24,000 nucleotides of DNA, from positions 5,349,072-5,373,071 of the forward strand of contig NZ_CP114029.1 of the NCBI RefSeq assembly GCF_026898155.1. The letters are read 5' to 3'. The stretch is from Jiella pelagia. Lineage in GTDB: Bacteria; Pseudomonadota; Alphaproteobacteria; Rhizobiales; Rhizobiaceae. Both the position numbers and the translations under genes were made by a program. Position 1 is the stretch's first letter. Each line of letters begins with the position of its first letter. Below the pieces are notes generated by a model. That model worked only from the letters and a program-made list of their open reading frames with translations. It was not told the origin of the DNA and did no database searches. Below, one piece after another: positions 15,174 through 24,000 of this stretch.

Positions 15174-15590
15174 ATGAAAGCCGCGTCCACCCTCGTTCTA
15201 TGCGCCGCCCTCTTCTTCGCGAGCCCGCTTGCCGCCCGGGCCGACGATGCTGGCGACATCCAGGCGACCATCTCCGCCCAGCTCCAAGCCTTATACGCCG
15301 GCAACGGAGCCGAAGCCTATTCCCATGCCGCGCCGAACATCCAGGCGATATTTCCAAGCCCCGGGCAGTTCATGGGCATGGTCCAGTCGGCCTACGATCC
15401 CGTCTACCATTCGCAAAGCGCCGTCTTCGGCGCGCTGAGGCCGGAAGGGAGCGGGTTTCGGCAGGAGGTCCATCTCACCGACCGCAACGGCAAGAGCTGG
15501 GTCGCCAGCTACACGCTGCAGCGCCAGCCGGACGGATCGATGAAGATCACCGGCTGCAGCCTGCGAAAAGGCGACGACGTCGCGGTCTGA
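15174..15590 (+). CDS. Secreted DUF4864-like (NTF2-fold-like) protein of unknown function
   Basis: The ATG at 15174 lies 7 nt after GGAGA (15162-15166). The signal peptide is MKAASTLVLCAALFFASPLAARA. The mature part reads DDAGDIQATISAQLQALYAGNGAEAYSHAAPNIQ...YTLQRQPDGSMKITGC. Family assignment is from memory. Confidence 0.7.
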   Translation: MKAASTLVLCAALFFASPLAARADDAGDIQATISAQLQALYAGNGAEAYSHAAPNIQAIFPSPGQFMGMVQSAYDPVYHSQSAVFGALRPEGSGFRQEVHLTDRNGKSWVASYTLQRQPDGSMKITGCSLRKGDDVAV

Positions 15591-15629
15591 CGATCCCGGC
15601 CGCTATCAGTCGAGGCCGGAAAATTGGCG

Positions 15630-16764
15630 TCAGCCGAGCGGCGGCAGGTCGCCCTTCGCCCAGGCTTCCCGCGTTTCCGCCATGAAATCCCCAAACCGTC
15701 CCGCCGCGATCGCGGCGCGGATGCCGGCCATCAGCTGCTGGTAATAGGCGAGATTGTTCCAGGTGAGCAGCATGCCGCCGAGGGATTCGTCGGACCGGAC
15801 CAGGTGGTGCAGATAGGCGCGCGAATAATCGCGCGCCGCCGGACAGTCGGATTCCTCGTCGAGCGGACGATGGTCCTCGGCATGCCGGGCATTCTTCAGG
15901 TTGATCTTGCCGCGCCGCGTATAGGCGAGCCCGTGCCGCCCCGCCCGCGTCGGCATCACGCAGTCGAACATGTCGATCCCGCGCGCCACCGACTGGATGA
16001 TGTCGTCGGGGGTGCCGACGCCCATCAGGTAGCGTGGCTTGTCCCGCGGCAGGACGGGAAGCGTCTCGTCGAGGGTGGCCAGCATGACGTCCTGCGGCTC
16101 GCCGACCGCCAGCCCGCCGACGGCGTAGCCCTTCAGGTCCATCGCCGAAAGGCCTGCGGCCGAGCGCTGGCGCAGGTCGATCTCTGTGCCGCCCTGGACG
16201 ATGCCGAACATCGCCTTGCCCGGCTGATTGCCGAAGGCAATCTTGCAGCGCTCCGCCCAGCGCAGCGACAGCTCCATCGCCCGCTCGATCTCTGCCCGCT
16301 CCGCCGGCAGGCGGATGCACTCGTCGAGCTGCATCTGGATGTCCGAATCGAGCAGCCCCTGGATCTCGATCGAACGTTCCGGCGTCAGCGAATGGACCGA
16401 GCCGTCCACATGCGAGCGAAACGTCACGCCCTTTTCGTCGAGTTTTCGGAGATCGGCGAGCGACATCACCTGGAAGCCGCCGGAATCGGTGAGGATGGGA
16501 TGGGGCCAGCGGGCAAATTCATGCAGGCCGCCGAGCCGCGCCACCCGCTCGGCGCCGGGCCGCAGCATCAGGTGGTAGACGTTGCCGAGGATGATGTCGG
16601 CGCCGAGGCTCGCGCACCTGATCGAGATACATCGCCTTGACCGTGCCGGCGGTGCCGACCGGCATGAAGGCGGGCGTGCGCACCGTCCCACGAGGCATGG
16701 TGATATCGCCGCGGCGGGCTTTGCCGTCGGTGGCGGAAAGGCGGAAGGAAAATTGTTCTGTCAT
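15630..16764 (-). pseudogene. tgt: tRNA-guanine transglycosylase (queuine tRNA-ribosyltransferase), interrupted by a +1 frame break at 16605-16611 (real pseudogene or assembly indel)
   Basis: The ORF from ATG 16764 gives [52 protein letters not shown]. The next frame (ORF 15630-16691) gives [18 protein letters not shown]...[12 protein letters not shown]...GIVQGG...[11 protein letters not shown]...[11 protein letters not shown], which are the canonical Tgt motifs. Skipping one nt gives about 377 aa. Confidence 0.92.
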
Positions 16765-16828
16765 GATGGCGCTCCGGTAGCGCGGCCGGCGCGCGGTGGC
16801 AACGCGAGAAGCGCGCCAAACGTTCGCA

Positions 16829-17923
16829 TCAGCCGCCGGCACGCTCCAACAGGCAGGCGTCGCCATAGGAATAGAACCGATACCCGGTGGCGATCGCATG
16901 GGCGTAGGCGGCCTGCATCGTGTCCAGGCCCGAAAAGGCCGAGACCAGCATGAACAGCGTCGAGCGCGGTAGGTGGAAATTGGTCAGAAGCCGGTCGACG
17001 GCCCGGAAACGATAGCCCGGCGTGATGAAAATGTCGGTCGGCCCGGAAAACGGACGGATCACGCCGTCCTCGCCCGTGGCGCTTTCGAGGAGCCGCAGCG
17101 ACGTCGTTCCGACGGCGACGATCCGGCCGCCCTCGCGCCGCACGGCATTCAGCCGCTCGGCCGTCGCCTCGTCTACATGGCCGATCTCGGCATGCATCCT
17201 GTGGGCGCCGGTATCCTCCGCCTTCACTGGCAGGAAGGTGCCCGCCCCGACATGCAGCGTCAGGAAGGCCGTGCGGACGCCGCGCGAGGCAAACCGCTCT
17301 ATCAGCTCCGGCGTGAAGTGCAGCCCCGCGGTCGGGGCCGCGACGGCACCGCTCTCTTTGGCGAAGATCGTCTGATAGTCGTGCCTGTCGGCCTCGTCCT
17401 CCGGCCGCTTCGAGGCGATGTAGGGCGGCAGCGGGATGTGGCCGACGGCGGCGATCGCCTCGTCCAGCGCCGGTCCCGAGAGCTCGAAGCAGAGCGTCGC
17501 CTCGCCGCCCTCGCCGCGCTCTTCCACGACGCCGACGAGGCTCGCCATCGCGCAAGCCGTCTCCCGCTCGGCGCCGAAGACGATCCGATCGCCGACCCTG
17601 ACCCGCTTGGCCGGTCTGACGAAGGCCTTCCACCGTTCGGGCGAAAGCCGCATGTGCAGCGTCGCCTCGATCCGCGCGACGCCCTCGCCGTCGGCTGCGC
17701 CCTCGCGGCGACGCAAGCCGGAAAGCCGCGCCGGAATCACCTTGGTGTCGTTGAACACAAGCACGTCGCCGGGCTGAAGCATCTCCGGCAGGTCGCGGAC
17801 GTGGCGATCCGCCAACCCGCCGCCATCCCCAACGTGCAAAAGCCGCGCCGCTTCACGCGGCACGGCCGGCCGGAGGGCGATGCGCTCCTCCGGCAGTTCG
17901 AAATCGAAGAGATCGACGCGCAT
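16829..17923 (-). CDS. queA: S-adenosylmethionine:tRNA ribosyltransferase-isomerase
   Basis: 364 aa from the ATG at 17923. Motifs: [48 protein letters not shown]...[31 protein letters not shown] and [12 protein letters not shown]. The ORF-track extension to 18118 was rejected. Confidence 0.93.
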   Translation of the reverse strand: MRVDLFDFELPEERIALRPAVPREAARLLHVGDGGGLADRHVRDLPEMLQPGDVLVFNDTKVIPARLSGLRRREGAADGEGVARIEATLHMRLSPERWKAFVRPAKRVRVGDRIVFGAERETACAMASLVGVVEERGEGGEATLCFELSGPALDEAIAAVGHIPLPPYIASKRPEDEADRHDYQTIFAKESGAVAAPTAGLHFTPELIERFASRGVRTAFLTLHVGAGTFLPVKAEDTGAHRMHAEIGHVDEATAERLNAVRREGGRIVAVGTTSLRLLESATGEDGVIRPFSGPTDIFITPGYRFRAVDRLLTNFHLPRSTLFMLVSAFSGLDTMQAAYAHAIATGYRFYSYGDACLLERAGG

Positions 17924-18009
17924 CGTTTGGCGCCCGTCCTGTTCGTCACCCGTGTCGCCGACCGACGCCGTGCGGCGACACTCGGCGATTGCGGTGAGCG
18001 ACGACGACC

Positions 18010-18480
18010 TCAGAGGTCGGCGGCGACGCGCATGGTGGTGATGGAATCGGGATCTCGCACCGGCTCGCCGCGCTTGATCGTGTCGACGACATCCATGCCC
18101 TCGATGACCTCGCCCCACACCGAATACTGCTTGTTCAGCCAGGGTGCGTCCTCGAAGCAGATGAAGAACTGCGAGTTCGCCGAGTTCGGATTGGCGGTGC
18201 GCGCCGCCGAGACCGTGCCGCGCTTGTGCGACTCCTCGGAGAACTCGGCCTTCAGGTCGGGCTTGTCCGAGCCGCCGCTGCCGGTGCCCGTCGGATCGCC
18301 GGTCTGCGCCATGAAGCCGTCGATCACCCGGTGGAAGACGACGCCGTCGTAGAAGCCCTCGCGAGCGAGTTCCTTGACCCGCGCCACGTGGTTCGGGGCG
18401 AGGTCCGGCCTGAGCTTGATCACCACCTTGCCCTTGGTGGTTTCCAGAACGAGCGTGTCTTCAGGGTTTTCGTATGCCAA
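18010..18480 (-). CDS. ppiB: Cytoplasmic cyclophilin-type peptidyl-prolyl cis-trans isomerase
   Basis: 156 aa. Motifs: [26 protein letters not shown] and [13 protein letters not shown]. There is no signal peptide. The start is TTG at 18480, 7 nt after GAGGA; no in-frame ATG is available upstream of the conserved core. Confidence 0.9.
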   Translation of the reverse strand: MAYENPEDTLVLETTKGKVVIKLRPDLAPNHVARVKELAREGFYDGVVFHRVIDGFMAQTGDPTGTGSGGSDKPDLKAEFSEESHKRGTVSAARTANPNSANSQFFICFEDAPWLNKQYSVWGEVIEGMDVVDTIKRGEPVRDPDSITTMRVAADL

Positions 18481-18640
18481 TTTGACGTCCTCTTTGCCGT
18501 TGCAATCGCGGGCCTCGACGCGGCCCGGCTGTCATGGCGGCTGTTTGATCGTTTTCGCCCCGACGCGCAAGGGCATGGGCGGATCGGGCCTGCGACGCCT
18601 CGCCCCAGGGCAATGCGCGGCAGGCCATCCGATGCTTCGC

Positions 18641-19231
18641 CTATTTTTCGTCAGCCGCGACGCGGACGCTCAGCATCTTGTCGGGATTTTCGACGGCGCC
18701 GTTCGCCTGAGAGTCGCCCTTCTTGATCTTGTCGACCACGTCCATGCCTTCGACGACGTCACCGACGATGGTGTACTGCCCGTCGAGAAAGTCGCCGTCG
18801 GCGAGCATGATGAAGAACTGCGAATTGGCCGAATTCGGGTCCTGCGACCGGGCCATGCCGACCGTGCCGCGATCGAAGGTCTCCTGCGAGAACTCCGCCT
18901 TGAGGTCCGGCTTGTCGGACCCGCCCATGCCGGCGCGGCCGGGAGCGTACTGTGGGCCACCTTCCTTGCCGAAGGCGACGTCGCCGGTCTGCGCCATGAA
19001 GCCGTCGATCACCCGGTGGAAGACGACGTTGTCATAGGCATTCTCGCGGGCGAGTTCCTTGATCCGCTCGACATGCTCCGGCGCCAGATCCGGTCGCAGC
19101 TGGATGTCGATCTCGCCGTTCTTGGTCGTGATCACGAGCGTGTTCTCGGGATCGGCCGAGCCTTGCGAAAAGGCCGGCATGGCGGCAAGCGAGATCGCGG
19201 CCGCAAGGCCGAGCGTTGCGAAGAGTTTCAT
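18641..19231 (-). CDS. ppiA: Periplasmic cyclophilin-type peptidyl-prolyl cis-trans isomerase
   Basis: 196 aa from the ATG at 19231. Signal peptide MKLFATLGLAAAISLAAMPAFS. Motifs: [25 protein letters not shown] and IVGDVVEGMDVVDKI. It is a paralogue of the adjacent ppiB. Confidence 0.9.
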   Translation of the reverse strand: MKLFATLGLAAAISLAAMPAFSQGSADPENTLVITTKNGEIDIQLRPDLAPEHVERIKELARENAYDNVVFHRVIDGFMAQTGDVAFGKEGGPQYAPGRAGMGGSDKPDLKAEFSQETFDRGTVGMARSQDPNSANSQFFIMLADGDFLDGQYTIVGDVVEGMDVVDKIKKGDSQANGAVENPDKMLSVRVAADEK

Positions 19232-19259
19232 TCTGTCACCCCAATCGATGTCCGGTCCG

Positions 19260-19754
19260 CTAGCGCGGACTGCGTTTCCCCCTGATCGCCGTCGCGACAT
19301 GGGCCGGAACGAAACGCGAAACATCCCCGCCCATGGCCGCGATCTGGCGAACCAATGTGGCGGTAATAGGCCTTGTGTCCGGCGGGGCCGGGAAAAACAG
19401 CGTCACGATCTCCGGCCGCATCGCGCCATTCATCCCGGCCATCTGCATCTCGTAGTCGAGATCGGTGCCGTCGCGCACGCCCCGCACCAGGGCCACTGCC
19501 CCCGCCTCGTGCGCCGCCTCGACGACGAGCCCGTCGAAAGAGACGACCGTGACGGCAGCCCTGCTCTCCAGCTCCGCGACCATCTGGCGAATCAGCGCCG
19601 CCCGCTCGTCGAAGGAAAACAGCGGCGTCTTGCCCGGGTGGACACCGATCGCCACGACGATCTCGTCGAACAGCCGCATCGCCTGGTCCAAGACCGCCAG
19701 ATGGCCGTTGGTCAGCGGGTCGAAAGAGCCGGGATAGAAGGCCCGTCTTGTCAT
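19260..19754 (-). CDS. coaD: Phosphopantetheine adenylyltransferase
   Basis: 164 aa from the ATG at 19754. Motifs: [17 protein letters not shown] (nucleotidyltransferase T/HxGH), [20 protein letters not shown] and [15 protein letters not shown]. Confidence 0.93.
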   Translation of the reverse strand: MTRRAFYPGSFDPLTNGHLAVLDQAMRLFDEIVVAIGVHPGKTPLFSFDERAALIRQMVAELESRAAVTVVSFDGLVVEAAHEAGAVALVRGVRDGTDLDYEMQMAGMNGAMRPEIVTLFFPAPPDTRPITATLVRQIAAMGGDVSRFVPAHVATAIRGKRSPR

Positions 19755-19963
19755 GATCCGTTCCTCATCACGCCGATTTGCGCGCTCCATATGAAAGTTC
19801 ATTGGCAACCGGCGCAGCGGATATACACTTTAGCGACGTCCACTCCCGAATGATGAGACGTCCGCGCGCCGAAAAAATTGCAACCCCATCATGACGCGCA
19901 GTCGCTAAAACTTGGAACGAATTACATCCTTCGGCAGTTTGAAGTCGAAATGGAGATGCGCAA

Positions 19964-20104
19964 ATGCTGATGATCGCCTTGTCGATGACCATGATCGTGA
20001 CCCTCGTGACGGCGACCGCAATCGCTCTCAACGAAGAACGCCAGGATGCCCGCGTCAAGGTTCTGGCGAAGAACCGCTCCGGTTTCGGCGTCGGCCGCCG
20101 CTGA
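19964..20104 (+). CDS. Candidate small membrane protein (46 aa), below the ORF-track length cut-off
   Basis: The ATG at 19964 lies 7 nt after GGAGA (19952-19956). The translation is MLMIALSMTMIVTLVTATAIALNEERQDARVKVLAKNRSGFGVGRR: one hydrophobic helix followed by a basic tail. 40 of 46 codons end in G/C although the surrounding spacer is comparatively AT-rich. I recognise no homologue. Confidence 0.45.
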   Translation: MLMIALSMTMIVTLVTATAIALNEERQDARVKVLAKNRSGFGVGRR

Positions 20105-20415
20105 GGCCTCGCAGCCTCCGATGGTCAGCCGAGCCCATTGGCTTGGGGATGAAGAGTGCATCCCCGTCAGGGCGCCGTCCGTGGCGATCAGACGAATTAC
20201 CAGCGGTGCCGAGGCCGCTGTCACGTTCGTCGACACCATGCACCATATTTGCCAACGACTTTCGGAAGATCTCTAGCCATTGCGTGCCGGTGCTCCCTGC
20301 TATCCATGCGCCCACACGCTCGGCCCGTTATCTTGAAAAGCATCGGTTCGTAGCCGCAAGCGTGACCCAGCGAGCCTGCCGGCGATAGGCGCGCAACAAC
20401 CACAGTCTGATAACC

Positions 20416-20451
20416 AAAAGGCCATTCCGCATTGCTGCGGAATGGCCTTTT
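20416..20451. terminator. Bidirectional intrinsic terminator downstream of gyrA
   Basis: AAAA-GGCCATTCCGC-attgct-GCGGAATGGCC-TTTT. The stem is a perfect 11 bp (20420-20430 / 20437-20447). It is flanked by an A-run and a T-run, so a U-tract follows the hairpin on either strand. It sits 41 nt past the gyrA stop. Confidence 0.75.
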
Positions 20452-20491
20452 GTCGTTTCGAGCCTGCCGTCTTCGGATCGGCCGTGCTTGA

Positions 20492-23365
<2,874 letters not shown>

Positions 23366-23643
23366 GAAGATGTCCTGATCAGCGGGAATTTCAGCCCTCG
23401 CTATAGCCCGACGGGGCCGTAAGCGCAAATTTCAGCGCCATGCAACGACGATAAATTCGTCAGTTACATCAGAGCCTTGCAGGACAGTGCAAAGAAAGTC
23501 TCCGCACCGGGTGCGACATTCCCGTGTCGCGGGCCGAAGAAGCGCGAATCGGTGCCGGAAAAGCCGGTAAATCGCCGCGTCGGCTTGTGCCGGCGGCCGA
23601 ACCTGTTACCCATCGAAGCTCACTCGCGCTTCGAGCCGGAACG

Positions 23644-24000
23644 ATGTTCGACGTCCTCCTCAACGGTTTCACCACGCTCTTCGTCATTCTCGATCCGCTC
23701 GGGCTGGTTCCGCTGTTCCTGGCGCTGACGCCCGGCGCCGGAGCCGCGGATCGGCGCATGATCGCCCTCAGGGCGTCGGTGATCACCTTCGGCATCCTCG
23801 CGCTGTTCGCGCTCACCGGCCTCGCCCTTCTCGAGGTCCTCGGCATCACCCTCGGCGCCTTCCGTCTCGCCGGTGGGCTGTTCCTGTTCTGGATCGGCTT
23901 CGAACTCGTCTTCGAACGGCGGCGGGAGCGCAAGGAGCAGAGCGCCAGCCGCGCCATGGACGATGCCGAAACCGTCGACGTCGCCGCGTTCCCCCTCGCC
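23644..24000 (+). CDS. MarC-family (UPF0056) integral membrane protein, N-terminal fragment; the 3' end lies outside the window
   Basis: The ATG at 23644 opens a frame that stays open to base 24000 (119 codons): MFDVLLNGFTTLFVILDPLGLVPLFLALT...ITFGILALFALTGLALLEVLGITLGAFRLAGGLFLFWIGFELVF. It is absent from the ORF track only because no stop falls inside the window. The antisense ORF 23469-23957 was rejected. Confidence 0.85.
   Translation, partial: MFDVLLNGFTTLFVILDPLGLVPLFLALTPGAGAADRRMIALRASVITFGILALFALTGLALLEVLGITLGAFRLAGGLFLFWIGFELVFERRRERKEQSASRAMDDAETVDVAAFPLA

Noticed and set aside
15596-15619. Hairpin CCGGCC-12 nt-GGCCGG between the DUF4864-like gene and tgt as a terminator
   Set aside because: It has only a 6-bp stem with a 12-nt loop and no proper U-tract on either strand, which is too weak to call.
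15624-18352. Long plus-strand ORFs (15624-16640, 16973-18352) antisense to tgt, queA and ppiB
   Set aside because: They are high-GC shadow ORFs, whereas the minus-strand frames encode canonical Tgt, QueA and cyclophilin motifs.
20121-20276. 51-codon ORF (MVSRAHWLGDEEC...) in the gyrA-coaD spacer
   Set aside because: Its third-position G/C is clearly lower than in neighbouring genes, it uses several rare Arg codons (AGA, CGA, AGG), and it has no SD.

Overview
This is a high-GC, densely coding chromosomal segment. Gene content and order look alphaproteobacterial (Rhizobiales-like); that placement is inference from protein motifs only. Left to right:
- The 3' end of a LivG-like ABC ATPase and a frame-broken LivF-like ABC ATPase.
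- A NicA/NicB-type two-component molybdenum hydroxylase: a 2Fe-2S subunit plus a 1194-aa Moco subunit joined by one TM helix to a tri-haem cytochrome c domain.
- A four-gene Mla-related ABC system on the minus strand: a STAS-MlaE permease (frame-broken), a MlaF ATPase, a 937-aa single-MCE protein whose long C-terminal region is built from 96-aa tandem repeats, and a PqiC/DUF330-type lipoprotein.
- An enolase-superfamily dipeptide epimerase.
- A frame-broken exported DUF4139-like coiled-coil protein, followed by two small proteins of unknown function.
- The housekeeping block tgt (frame-broken), queA, ppiB, ppiA, coaD, a 737-bp spacer (46-codon ORF and a bidirectional terminator), then gyrA.
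- The 5' end of a MarC-family membrane protein.

I recognised no rRNA, tRNA, CRISPR array, transposase, integrase or phage gene. Two things deserve a second look. First, the Mla/Pqi-hybrid system with its giant repeat-built MCE protein. Second, four +1 frame disruptions in 24 kb, three of which sit on a GAGCCTC/GAGGCTC heptamer that becomes GAGCTC (Glu-Leu) if one central base is removed. All calls come from reading the sequence and ORF translations; no database search was run.
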